Source: Chrysomallon squamiferum (lineage: Eukaryota > Animalia > Mollusca). From it: DNA of 64,000 nt. The stretch lies in the NCBI GenBank assembly GCA_012295275.1, contig CM022674.1:12338001-12402000 (forward strand), given 5' to 3'. The position numbers and the translations under genes are program-made. Of this stretch, positions 1-14,000 are shown one piece after another. Under the pieces are notes generated by a model. That model searched no databases. It saw only the letters and a program-made list of their open reading frames with translations, and was not told where the DNA came from. Position 1 is the stretch's first letter. Each line of letters begins with the position of its first letter.

Positions 1-103
1 GTTATTGTTTTTATTATTATTATTATTGTTATTATTATTATTTCTATTATCATTAACTATTTTTATTATTAAATTATTATTATTGTTGTTATTATTAGTA
101 TAA

Positions 104-397
<294 letters not shown>

Positions 398-2596
398 AGA
401 TACTCATGAAATTAGAATTAGAACAGCAAAATGATGTTTTTTTGACACATCTACTCTGGTTTCTTTAACCTGGTGACAAATGGTTCGAGGTGAAGAAAGT
501 TCTTAGTTTGTTAGTGGTTGTTAACAGATAAAGTGTGCTTATAAAATGTAGGAAAATGTGAAATTCATTTTTATTTTTTTATTTTTTATTTGTGTGTTAC
601 TAAGATATCTATGTAACACCTGTGTGGATATAGCTCACCACTGTTAAAAGTTACCTGTTGATTTTTTAAAAATTTATTTAAAAGATTTTAGAGGGCCTAC
701 CTGTTTTCAAAAATATTTTTTTAAGCCAATCTTTATAATATATATATTTTTTTTTTTAAATATTATCATCATTACTAGTAATTTTATTAAATGACTAAAG
801 AAGAAAATAATTTAGACCAGAACCCAACAATTCTCAATAGTTACATGTGAAACAAGTTTTGATACTCCAGTATTTAAATTTTAGATTGCTTGAGTTTGTG
901 ACAGTGAATAATATAAACAAATTTATGGTTATAATATTTTGCTTCATTCACTATTTTGCTTCATTCACAGGGGGAAAATTTAATAACCAATAATGACAAT
1001 TTTTATAGCAAAAAAAAGTACAAGACAGACATTCAAAATTTGTAAGTCTAATAAGAGATGTACAGATAGACGTGTTTTGTTTTATATATATTTATAATTT
1101 TATTTACTTTTTATTACAGTTTTTATTTCTTTTCTTTAAAACATTTATTGTTATTATTAATTAATGTCACTCTTTAAAATTATTTATTTATTTTCATGTT
1201 TTTATTGTTATTATATAATGATGATTAAAATTGTTATTGTTATTATTATTTATTATTATATTTTATTTATTTGCTAAAATGACATTGTAAAGTCAGTTAA
1301 GAAACCCTGTTATAATGAAGATTAATATTATTATTAGTTATTACTTTTCTTTATTATTTATTTTATTTTTTTGATATTGTTAAAAATTAATATACATTTT
1401 TTTTAATTATCATTATTATTAAATAATATTCATTCTTAAATTATTATTAATAATTAATTCATATTTTTAGTTCATACAAAATCCAGGTAATGTCAAACAT
1501 GAAACCCATTGTCATAATTTTACATAAAAGACACAAGAAATGATTACAGTACAATAAAAATAGACTAAAATAAATATACAAATAACATTAAAATCAAAAA
1601 ACTTTATTTACATTTTTGCTGCAACAAGTTTGTATTATTCTGTGTGTGAGTGTGTGTCTATGTGTAATAATATTTGCTATAATTAGCTTCACAGCACAAA
1701 ATAATGTGTGATATTTTGTTTTTAAGTATTTTTTGCATGTAGATTTTACTCTACAAAACATTCAGATTTAGCTGACGCAAACAGTGTGATATATAAATGA
1801 TACTGATCCATTAGTAGAAAAACAATGATTTACTTTTTATATTGAGGATATACATAAACAATTTCATGCCATACACATTTTTAATAAATATATTGATAGA
1901 TCAATTATAAGAAAATACCTAAGAAAAAATAATTTTCTTTTTATATGAGGTCATACATATTATCATGCAGTATCTATTTTACATGCCGAGACTTTTTTTT
2001 TTTTTTTTTTTTTTGTTACAAAAATGGAGAAACAGTTAAGAATAAGATATTAATTATGAAAATAAATATTCTCAGAATAATTTTAAATTTTTTGTTAAAA
2101 ATGATTGTTGTGACAATAAAAAAGTTGATTTAATATGATAGTGTAATACAAACTGATTTAAAATTGGTTAAAAATTATTTTTATAATTATCTCTCATTCA
2201 TTCTTGAACCCTAAATGCTTCAATTTGTAAATTTGAATTTTCATTATGGCAGGGTTTGCAGTTTTATTAATTATTTATTAGAAATTCATCAAATCATTGC
2301 TTAAATGTTATTTGACTATTAGGGAAAATGAAAAGATTTTTTGTAATTACAAATCTGATAAATCATTGTTCTTTAGCCAGTTCATTTTATTTGTGTTTTA
2401 GTTGTTGGTTTAAATGATTATTTTGTTTACTTTAATTTTGGAAACTTGGGGTTTTTTTTCCAAATAGATTGATATATCATATTTTTCTACTTTCCAATTC
2501 ATTTCTTTTCTCTTCTTCTTTTTTTTTTTACAGCATATATATTAAAATACGTATTATTTCAGATTCAATAAAATTAGACAACAATATTATTATTTT

Positions 2597-2634
<38 letters not shown>

Positions 2635-3745
2635 CACACACATACCATGATACTGGCATAGTAAAAATCATTCACATAATAAATAAATAAATATTTTCAT
2701 ATAATAGTCAGATATAATTTTTATTTATTTGTTTGATTTTCTTTTTTTCTTTTATTTTTTTTTTTTTGCTTTTGCACAGTATTTTTATCAGTAAAATTAA
2801 AAAAAAATTAAAAAAATATAACAATAACATGATACTAGATAAAGCTTTGTAGCTATCTCAAGCACAGACATGAACTAAATATTTTTAACAGAAGTTTTTT
2901 TTTTAACAAATATATATATGATTTGTATGTATAAACGATTTGATATAAAGTGTATTTGATAAGAGAATTTACAGTTTTTTTCTTTGCCAAAAATGAAATA
3001 CACTGGTGAATCAGAAGAAAATCCATGTATATAGTATTTTTGAATTTGCTTATTAAAGAAAATTGAACTGATTTTATTGATAATTGTATACATTAATTTT
3101 TTTTTTTTTTTTTTTTATATACATTTCTTTTGAAATTGATTTGGCTGGACCATTTATCAGTAATGAAGATACTAAACTACAATACATTTTGCTTAACCAA
3201 GATTTACAAAAAAATAATTTAATATTTTTAAACCCACTTTTCAAACAAAATGATTACAAATAGTCCCAGAACATTTTTTAATCAAATTATTTTATAAGTT
3301 TGTTTTCCTCATGATGTATGGTTTATAAAACAGTTTTGTTTGTAATTACATATTTATCAGTATATGTGAAAATGCTACGTGTAATAAATAACTTGTAATA
3401 TAAAACTTGTCTTTGTTTTGTTTTTATCAGTTTTTGTGTCTAGTTATCTGTAAATAACTTCTAGTTATTTTTAAAAATTATTACTACTGGTACAGCTGCT
3501 AGCAGTATTAGTAATATTACTGTTACTATAGTAGTTGTTGATGTTTTTTTTATTATTATACTCTTTTTAAATATTCTCTTCTAATAATGACACCCAATAG
3601 CTTTATTATTATTATTATTTTAATTAATTTATTATCATTTTGAATATCGGTTTTAAGAATTATGTCCCTTGTCTATAAACTCTTTTGCTACAGATATCAC
3701 AAAATAATTCGTATATTTTCGTTCTTTTCCGTATTGAAGGCAAAC

Positions 3746-5301
3746 ATGGCAGGTGGCAAGAACAAGCAGTTGTCTCGTGAAGAGGAATTACTTCTTCAAG
3801 ATTTCAGTAGAAATGTGTCAACAAAGTCGTCGGCTTTGTTCTATGGAAATGCACTTATTGTATCTGTAATACCAATGTGTAAGTTTTTATTTAAAATTTC
3901 ACTAAAAAAACCCATTTGAGTGCCACGTCTACTTCTGTTTAGTTAACATGAAGAGTTGTTTCCCTTCTTGAAGCATTTTACCCAGTTTGTAGTGAAATCG
4001 AACACAAATATCGAAAATAAAATATAAAAAAATTAAGAAATTAAAATTATATTAATAACGACATAACAAGATTTGCTTATAAACTGAAAATTTAACTTAA
4101 AGTCGTGAAGCTGAACTGTTCTTCGATTCATAGTATTATCGTCATTAATTATTTCATTAATTTAATCAATTAATGTATTTAATCAGATTATCATTATGAT
4201 TATCACTATGTAAACTAATGTTACCTGTATTATTCGATGATTCGTTGTATGTGTAACTGTATATTATTATACGAATGAGTATGATGATAATGCTGATCTG
4301 ATGATGTATTGGAATGCAGGTAATTATTATGATAAATTATTAATTCTAAAGGTTACAAAGATCCTGTAGCTAGCTTCCTAAGTCACTAAGTTTTATAAAT
4401 ATTATAAACTGTTTCTCCTTGTTTAATGGTGTATTTTACTATTTGGTTGCAGTCTTTATTATAATACTAAATAATACATTATAATTATACATATCCACGA
4501 ATTTAATGTTTTAACCATTAGTTTTAGTCATATGTATCTGTTACAATTCACAGCTGTATTATAATTATTTACAATGGAACACCTGCTGGTTAGCGTTGTC
4601 AGTTCAAGATTTAAATGAAACAATAAAATGTAGGGGGATGTATTTGGCTGATTTTAACAAAAAGTGTATAGAGTAAAAAACAACAACAAATAAACAAAAA
4701 TATATGAGATTTATTTACATGTACAAATTAAATAAATCTCATGTTAAGTGAAGTCATAGTCTTTGAAGTTATAATTATAGTTGTACTGTTTAATCCCTAT
4801 TAAATTAAGTTTTGGTACAAATAATTATAAATGTAATTAATATATTTCAAAGGTATTGATTTTTTTTAATATTCATTTCAGGGTTGTTTTGGAGAATTCA
4901 TCAGATGGATTTGTACCAGTCTGCTATCCTTTTTGCTGTAATGACAATAATCAGCACCTACTTAGTTTCATTCTCATATAAGAATGTCAAGTTTGTGTTG
5001 AAACACAAGTAAGTAAAAAAAAAATCTATTAACAATCCTCTAATGACAATAATAAACAAAATTACATCAAAGAACTGTAAAATAATAATTATAAAATATT
5101 TACAAAAATAATTAAGATAGTAATACTTTATAAACTTGGTTTTAAATATCAGAAAAAACTATTTACATGTTGCTATGGTAATTTGTCATTGTCTTACTTC
5201 AGAGTTGCACAGAGAAGAGAAGAAGCTGTGTCTCGAGAAATGATGAAAAAGTTTGCTGATGACAAGAAAATGACCAAAAAGGAGAAAGATGAGAGGTTTG
5301 T

Positions 5302-5333
<32 letters not shown>

Positions 5334-7020
5334 TGTAATTTTATGAATGTTGTTTTAAATTATTTCAGTAAATTTTGTAAAACATTATAAATAAGTAAAA
5401 ATAAAGATTATTTTGTACTCATTAGAGATCTGGCATCACAAATAATATGTATCAACATAAAACTGAAGGCATTCTTTTTATTATGACTAAAACCTACTAT
5501 CTGATATATCATAGACACAATACTTGTTTCCTTAATGGGAAAGTGCATATAAAATGTTCCAGATTACAGATTTTTTCATGGTAAGAGTTCCAATGTATTC
5601 CTTAACACTTAAAACTACCGAATTGAGATGTGTTTAAAAATAATTAACGACTAATTAATAATAGAAGAGAGGGATGGCAGTGGATTTAAAAAGTATGGAA
5701 ACAGTCATTGGAAATAAGTTTTTGGTAATTATTATTTCTTTTTAATTATGTTTTTTGAAATGGTGTTAAGTTGTTGCTGTATATTAATACTAAAATATTT
5801 TTTCAGGATTCTGTGGAAGAAGAACGAAGTAGCAGACTATGAGGCCACAACTTTTGCCATTTTCTACAACAATGCATTGTACCTGGTGCTGCTCATAGTC
5901 GTCTCATTTTACCTTCTGAAAAACTTCAACTCAAATTTGTATCCTTTGAAACCTAGTTCATAACAGATCTTTGCTAATCACAGTTTGTCATTTTATTCTA
6001 GATGGTTTCCACTATCCATTAACGATTAATCATTGTCGTTTGATTTGAAAAGGGTTCCCCACCAATCACATACTCTTGTTTTATCTAAACTCTAATTAAG
6101 AAATATTTATAGAAAAGATTTAAGAAATATATTTTTGTGAATTGAAGGACAAGAATTATATCATTTCAATTAAATTCTAATTAAGAAAAATTTAAAGATA
6201 AGTTTTAAAAAATACATATTTATTTGTGAAGTAAGAATGGGTTTTACATCATTTGAATTCTTTTAATGAAATCAGTTTAAAATGAGGAACTCAGTCTAGA
6301 TAAGGAGAAACGTATAAACAAATTTCAAATAATCACAAGAGTTACACAGTACAGTTTTAATAATCTAATCGTAAACATATATAATTTATTTCATAGTTAA
6401 TTTGTAAGATTATATCATTATATGACAACCATTAATATTGAAGTGCACATTCTGGTACAAAAAAAAAGGCTAAATTTATTCAGAGTTTTTTTATTTATTT
6501 TAGACACCAGTCTACTTGGCTAAATATAAAGTATAATAATAATTTACCACAAAGATAGATGTTTTGCAAACAGTTCACACAAAGAAATAATAATACCATG
6601 ACTGATTAAAATTACCACTTAGCAATGTTTCAATCAGTTTGTTAGTGTTTTATGTTTATTTCTGTTTCTGACATAAGAGAAAATGGTGCCTTTCTGCATT
6701 TATTATTATTATTAATGTTACTGTACCTTATTTTTAGTAAAGGTTAAGATTCATAATAAATAAAAATACTTGCTTGAACATATTCAAAGATATTTAATCT
6801 GTTTATACCATATTGTGTACTTTTTAACAAACAAAAAAAAACATCACCAAAATATATATATTTTTTGTGTATATAAAATAAATTTATATATTTATTTTTT
6901 AAATCATTGTTGATAGATACATTTTACAGTTATTTTTCCTTCACAGTTTTCAGTAATTACATTGTATCAGTTGCATCAGCTTCTGGACTGCTGGCTCTTT
7001 TCTCTACAAGCTCCAAGTGA
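3746..7020 (+). CDS. SSR3: Translocon-associated protein subunit gamma (signal sequence receptor 3), 5 exons, 183 aa
   Basis: Exons 3746-3878, 4882-5008, 5203-5295, 5807-5938 and 6954-7020 total 552 nt; all introns are GT-AG and phase-consistent. The protein has the TRAP-gamma hallmarks [84 protein letters not shown] and [21 protein letters not shown]. Confidence 0.97.
5939..6953 (+). other. U12-type (minor spliceosome) GT-AG intron 4 of SSR3
   Basis: 5' splice site GTATCCTTT at 5939-5947 is the U12 consensus. Branch-site-like TTCCTTCAC at 6936-6944 has its A 10 nt before the end of the acceptor AG (6952-6953). Splicing here restores the conserved SSR3 C-terminus. Confidence 0.9.
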
Positions 7021-7254
7021 ACTGACATTATACAACAGAGCAGCAATTAAAACATCATAAAATAAGGTGTGAAGATTTGGAGAGACAAGGGGTTTTAATA
7101 AATCTGTCATTCTTTTCTGAAAACAAAACATCTTCAAATAAAATATATACTGAGAGATCATCAAAAAAAAAAAAAGTTTTATAGAAATGTGTTCTGTTGT
7201 TGTTTTTAAATAATAATTGAAGTAAGTAAAGGTTTAATAATTGTTTTTTAAATA

Positions 7255-7632
7255 TTGGGTTGGCAACTAAGTTCCCGCCGTTTTGTTTAAATAACCCTCA
7301 TATCGCCAATATGACCAAAGAAGCCATTCAAACGCACGGCTGGGAAGTGCTGCCAGGTTTGGCACTGACGGATTTCCACCTTTTTCTATCTCAAATGCTA
7401 TGCGGGAGAGTTTCGTTCAACACTGATGCAAAACTGAGAGCTTGGTTGGATGAATTTTTGAGACAAAACCTAGTGATTTCTACCAAAGAGGTATTGAAAA
7501 TCTTGTTGAACGTTGGGAAGAAGTTGTAAACAACAAGGGAGAATACATCATTGATTGAATAGTTGTTAGTTTTTATTAAACCTTTAAAAAATTTAAATTA
7601 AAAAAATGGCGGGAACTTAGTTGCCAACCCAA
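7255..7632 (+). mobile_element. Internally deleted (non-autonomous) mariner DNA transposon, 378 bp
   Basis: 30-bp TIRs TTGGGTTGGCAACTAAGTTCCCGCC(G/A)TTTT at 7255-7284 and 7603-7632 with one mismatch; TA target duplications at 7253-7254 and 7633-7634. A frameshifted C-terminal transposase relic reads PHIANMTKEAIQTHGWEVLP..TDFHLF..FYQRGIENLVERWEEVVNNKGEYIID* (stop 7556-7558). Confidence 0.95.
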
Positions 7633-8444
7633 TAGTTTAATTCCATTCCTTACAGAAAAAAAACATGATGACAAGTAATATAGTATTTGAGATTTTTGTT
7701 TATATAGTTAAAACTTTTGTCTTTTGTAATGAACAAATAATTAAATTCATTGATAAAAGCTAAATAGTTCATAAAAGGTTTGTGTTTTCTACTGAATATA
7801 TAGTAGATAATATGTGGGATGTATTTTATTTTGCAACATTATCACTTTAATTTTAAACAATTATTATATGATGAAACAAAATAAGACAAATTACATGAAC
7901 ACTAACAGGTTTGTTAAGAAAACGACATTAAAACTAAATATTAACATTGTTGAGGTTTAATAGGCAACATGGTAAAAAAAAAAAAAAAAAAAAAAAATTG
8001 TCTCATTCTTATGACTTATTTCAAAATAAGGTGACAAAAGTAAAAATGGTAAAAATAACTATCTGAACAAAGCATTGCTTGAAGATTTTAAAAAGTCACT
8101 TGATCAATTCCCCTGAACCAAATGCGGTGCAATTCAGTGCTGCTCAACTGGTATATCCAGGGATGTGGAAATGAAAGTGTTGACCAAAAATAAAAATAAA
8201 AAAAAAATAAAAAAAAATAAAGCAACAATCTTCAACACATTTGTAAATTTAAATGATTTTCTATGGTGTTCCATGAGAGCTTGCAGTGAATTTCATATAA
8301 TCCTTGTGCAACAAAATGTAGAAACTAAATAACTATGTCACTGATACATTTGAAATTTTGAAACTGGTTAAACAAACATATTGCCATGGAAATAATGAAA
8401 AATATTTTAAAAGTATATAATTGCAAAATAAAAATATTCAAACG

Positions 8445-8447
<3 letters not shown>

Positions 8448-8508
<61 letters not shown>
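8448..8508. repeat. (AT)n microsatellite
   Basis: Perfect dinucleotide run. Confidence 0.95.
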
Positions 8509-8514
<6 letters not shown>

Positions 8515-8599
8515 CATCGCATGGCAAAATTTCATTAAAATAATATACTGTAAGAGAGTCTGCTTCACATGTAATGTTTGCAAACTCTTAATAAATTAC

Positions 8600-8932
8600 T
8601 GATCATTCCCTGAAGAGTTATCTTACTTGTTGGCTGGAATGTCAGGAAGTCTTGACAATAATGAAGTAGATAATCGAGTTCCATGTATGGCGGAAATTAT
8701 AAACAAGTTCGCACAAGTTAATCTTTTGAAAATCCGACATGTGATCAAATTTCCTTTAGGAACAGATCACCGCTAATTTTTAAAATATTTTTTTCTTTAA
8801 CACCTTTATTCTGAAAGTTTTTTTTTATGATTTACTTTTCTTGTTAACAGTGTCAATATTGTAGGTGATTAGTCATTGGCACCGGAATTAATTCACTTGA
8901 CTCTTGTAACTTGTTCCGCATCGAAAGTAAGT
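8600..8932 (+). promoter_or_regulatory. Putative promoter and non-coding first exon of the Sfi1-repeat gene
   Basis: Local CpG cluster in CpG-poor DNA; ETS-like CAGGAAGT (8643-8650), YY1-like ATGGCGG (8687-8693), ACCGGAA (8881); strong donor AAA|GTAAGT at 8927. The link to the acceptor at 15651 is inference. Confidence 0.4.
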
Positions 8933-10428
8933 TAAATTTATAAAGTTTCTTTGTTTTTTGCTTTTTAACATGTAGAACTTTTCTTAACCACGACAAAATT
9001 TTGCTGATAAATTACGTTATATAAGAAATTTCGATTTTTTTTCTTTTCTTTTTTTTAGAGAAAAGTTATATAAAAATGTTGTCATGTAATTATTAATTCA
9101 GTAATTGTTTTTTGTTTTGACACTATTGCATTGCTTTTCTGCCATAAATGAATTCAGTAAATTTTAATGACTAAATTCATTTCACAAGATTTTTGAGTTT
9201 ATTTTATGAAAATTCCATTGCAGAGTTATTTTATTTGATTGGTGCTAGTATTTTGTACAGATTTGCATAAAAAATAATAATAATAATAATAATTGTCATC
9301 ATATCATTATTATTTAAAATTATATATTTACCGGTTTTCCAATAGTTAACACCATAAAAAAATCATAGCATTTGATACTAATAAATATTTATAACAAAAT
9401 TCAGTGCATATGAACTCCCAAACACCATATGAACCTGGTATATTATTAATTCATTTAGGGATAATTATTTATTACAATGTGATACGCACATCATAATGTC
9501 AGTTTATAACATATCAGATTTTAAGAGGTTTGGGTAATATATCATTTGTGACATTTTTCTTTTCAACATTTTTTTATATATATATATATCAGAGCTGACC
9601 AAGGATGTTCTGGTAAAGTAACAAAATGTATCATTTAAGATATATTTCTTTTGTATATCAGAGCTGACCACTGATGTCTAACATGAAGTTGTTTGATCAC
9701 TGTTGCAGTGAATAGTTATATGTGGTTAATGACACTGATAAAGTGTAACAAAGGAATGTAAACAATCGGGTAGTAAGTAAATACGTGTGGAGATTGCAGT
9801 AATAAACCAGTCACTGACTTGTGTAAATAACTAGTGTACAGGTTTTAATGTGTGACATGACGTATCTGTAAACATGTGTAAATACACACAGGCACAAATA
9901 TACATGCTCGTATCTACATACACATATGCATATTCATACACACACATGAATTGAGTCATACATTCACAGAGCAGTTATATGCAGATGTATGCATTCATAA
10001 ACTTCAGCATATACATGCACACATTCACACACATGCATGCACACATTCACATCCTCATATGCATATTTGCATATAGACATACACACATATGCACACTTTC
10101 ATATACACACACACACACACATACATATTCACAGCTACAATAATCCTTGATGTACCAGTAGTTATGGGAATGGTTGGAAAAAGTGAATGAATACATTCAG
10201 AAGATTCTGCAACCTGCAAGTATTGCTGTACCACAGTCTGTTCATCTGTAAGTAACAGTTAATATCAGCAAACACAAAGCTACCTGCTGCGTTTACAAAA
10301 ACACAAGCTGATTACTGAAATACCAGCTGTTTCTTAAGGACAATCATATTATATAAATATTAAATACATTATCCTCATAATCACCTGTTAAAAGATTTAC
10401 AAACCAAGCCTATTTGCTATTCCTAACG

Positions 10429-10466
<38 letters not shown>

Positions 10467-10993
10467 CTACCTCTTTAGATCTTAGCCTCAGGCACAAAGG
10501 ATTAATTGGGGTGTGTGTGTGGTGGGGGGGGGTTAGCATAAAACTGAATTATCCGTTGTACTGATTTAACTGTTTAAAAACTAGTAAACATTGGTTTTGG
10601 CTTGGACCCAGTCATTCAGAGATAAGTAGCTTCGATCAGAGAACATTCAGTGGCAGTTACAGGCCTGATTTCTCTACATTCAGACTGTTTTGTTTATTGA
10701 TAAGCACAGAGACTCATAGAATTGAGGAATGTTAGCATACAACGGCTGCCCCATTGTCAGAGTTGATTTTAAATGTGTGTAGATTTATCAGATAGGTGAG
10801 TCACTGGCATTTTTTTTTTTTTTTATTTTTTTAATGTCAGTTTTAAACAGTTTTATTATATATCTGTGAGTACAATTGTTAATGTATATTTTGATTTACA
10901 CATCCACCCCCCCACACACACACAGATAGATAGATTCCATTTTTTGATGTTGAGATTTTTATTTTTTATTATTATTATTATTTGTTGTTATTA

Positions 10994-11032
<39 letters not shown>

Positions 11033-11043
11033 TATTATTATTA

Positions 11044-11081
<38 letters not shown>

Positions 11082-14000
11082 TTTTTATTATTATTATTAT
11101 TAGTCATTGTTTTTAATATTCTTGGTTATCTTCTTTTCTTTTTTTAATTATAAAGATTATTAAACAGATAAACTATCCACCTTTTTTAAATTCTAGCATT
11201 TCATTCTTTTTGCTTGTTTAATATTTTAAAGTTAAAAAAAATAGAGGAAAAGTTGCTTTATGTTCCTGTGATTTAGTTGACATTTTTTGCAAAACCTCTG
11301 ATCTGTAAAAACAATTCTTAAATTTCGTGATTTTTTAAAATTTATTTTATTTTGTTTTATTTATTTATTTATTTTATTTTATTTTATTTTATTTTATTTT
11401 ATTTTATTTTATTTTATTTTATTTTATTTTATACATTCATTTATTCAAACATTTATTTATTTGTTTGTTTAATTATTTATTTATTTATTATATTATATTA
11501 TATTATATTATATTATATTATATTATATTATATTATATTATATTATATTATATTTTATTTTATTTTATTTCATTTATCTTTTTTGTTTGTTTGTTTCTAT
11601 TGAACTTGAAAGCATCAGTTTTTTTATACTGAAATAAAAACTATATCTTCTACTCATTTCCAGAATGTTAAAATAGCATGTCCCCAAAAACATATTCAAG
11701 TCTTCAGTAAGTCTAAGCAAATATTGAAGGGTTGATTAATTCAGTATGTATAATAAATAGAAACATGAATCTGAATAATTTTCAGCTCTTAACTCCTGAG
11801 GTTCCAACAGGTAAACATAGTATTTAATGTTCAGTGTGGCTTCATATCTGAGTTCAATAATTAAAAAGGAAGAGTGTGCATGACCAATATATTTTTCCAT
11901 TTATCTAACTCACTAAAATATTAACAATGACAGACAGTTCAAGTTTCTATTTCATTATGATCAAGGCAATGTTTGAACATTCTGTATATTCAATATAGTA
12001 TGAGAGTTTTTGGATTTATTAAAACAAATTTTTAAAAACATTTGATAAATTAAAGTGATTAAGGCATTTTCACCTAATATGCCTGTAAGTTACATCATCC
12101 TAATTACATTTAGCTAATATGTCTTTGAATACATTATCATAATTATTTTCAGCTAACAGGCCTATGAGTATGATTTCAGTTGACACAGACACATCAGTAC
12201 ATTGTCATACTGCTTACCATATTTCAAATTTTTGTGAAGTATAATTTTGTTACCAGTGTAGTAAAGACTGTATGGAATTTGAGAAAATTGTATAACCAAC
12301 ATCAGTCCAACAACATTTAAACACATGCTTTCCTTGTTCATGTTATTCTCAGTAGAAATGAGAATATTAACCAACATTCAAGAACATTCATTATATTTTG
12401 ATTCACTGAAACTTAAGCTGCTTGTGTGTCTGTCTTATAACTGAAGTCTGTAATACAATCTCACTTCTGAAAGTTTGTCACAGCTTAGCCTTTCTTATTA
12501 ATCAAAGACTGCATTTTCCTGACAGGTGTAATGGCATATCAATACACCTGTAATAAGAGGTGAAATAGCTCAAGTGATTTATTGATCAATCCAGTAAAAA
12601 AAATCAATATTTCTCTGTTCAAATTATGTGGTGTGTAAAACTGCAGTATTGTAGAAAATGATTGTGAATCGTTTGTTGTTTCCGGATTTAACTGGGGTTC
12701 TATAAAAAAAATATATTTTTTATGGTTTGGGTTTTTTTAAATTTAATTTATATGATTAGTACCAGGCTTTGATGTTTATTGTTAATATTTTTCAAGAGTC
12801 TGTAATTACACAGCATGTTAAATTGGTTTCAAAATACAACCAGATTATGTTGGATTTTATTTATTATTTTCAAAACATTTACAACATTATAAAGAAAAAG
12901 ACGGGATTGTGTTTGTAATGGAGAATGTGATAATTAAATTTAGTCTATGACTGAATAGATGAATGAACTTGAAAGTGTGGATTTATGAAAAATAATTCAT
13001 TCTTAGAGGACTCATAAAATATCTTTCTTAATTCCTTTTTTTTTTTCACAGTATTTTTATTTTTGCTTTATCCAAATGATTTTGTGATAAATAATTATTA
13101 TTATAATTAGTAATAACAGTAGCAGTAGAAGTACTGGTGGTGGTAGTAATAATAGTAGTTGTAGAAGAAATAGTGGTAGTAGTAGTTGTTGTTGTGTTAG
13201 TAATAGCAACAATAGCAGTAGTAATATACTACTAGTAGTAGTAACATGAGAAGTTAATGTTATTTGACAGCTTATTATTGTTTATTATTAATATTTATTT
13301 ATTTGTTTACGTACATATTTATATATTTTAATGATAGAAGCCAGAAGCTGATGTGTTATAGAATTTTGTAGTTAAATGTTTTATTTGTTTATTAACTTTA
13401 GTGACAAATACTTCTTTTTCTCTGTTTTAAAATATAAATTTATATATTAATAATTATAACACAAAAAATAAATAATCTTTATTAACTATTTTTTATCATT
13501 TAAACATTTTTCACGCAAAAATATTCTTTTAGACTGTTAAGATATAGTCAAATAACTTATATTTGTTCACAGAATATATTTTTCTTTGTCATTAACATTA
13601 AGATAAGAACCTGCTTTTACGTTTAAGATTTTTCGTAGAATATGTTTTGTTTTGTCATTAATGTTAAAATAAGAAGTGACCCATTAACAAATTGTCAAAT
13701 AATTAACAGTTTTTTCACAGAATAAAACTTCCTTTATCATTAATGTTAAGATAAGAGACAATTCCTAGCTTTCAGATTAAGTGACCCTAAATGGTTTTAC
13801 ATTTCGGAATCTCAAATAATCCTAAATCTGATAAGCTAATCCATTTTGGCAGCTCATCTGACTTTCTTGCCTGATATGAGGCACTGAATAACCGTTGTTT
13901 CTCACCCCCACATGAAGATTACTGAGGATATGTCATGGTACAGACTCACAATGAAACAGGTGACAAAATGCACACCAGTTCCACTTGTTCTACCTCCACA

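Noticed and set aside
5598-5606. Perfect U12 branch sequence TTCCTTAAC in SSR3 intron 3
   Set aside because: It is 200 nt from the acceptor and the donor is GTTTGT (U2); one such 9-mer is plausible by chance in 64 kb of AT-rich DNA.
6000-6075. Small hairpins followed by ACA in SSR3 intron 4 (possible H/ACA snoRNA)
   Set aside because: Stems are short and there is no convincing hairpin-hinge-hairpin-tail layout; it would need an Infernal or snoReport hit.
10866-11603. Poly-I/L/Y ORFs here and similar low-complexity ORFs elsewhere (26662, 34098, 40282, 43514, 44205, 57272, 62153)
   Set aside because: They are translations of (ATT)n, (ATTTT)n, (CA)n and (CT)n microsatellites.
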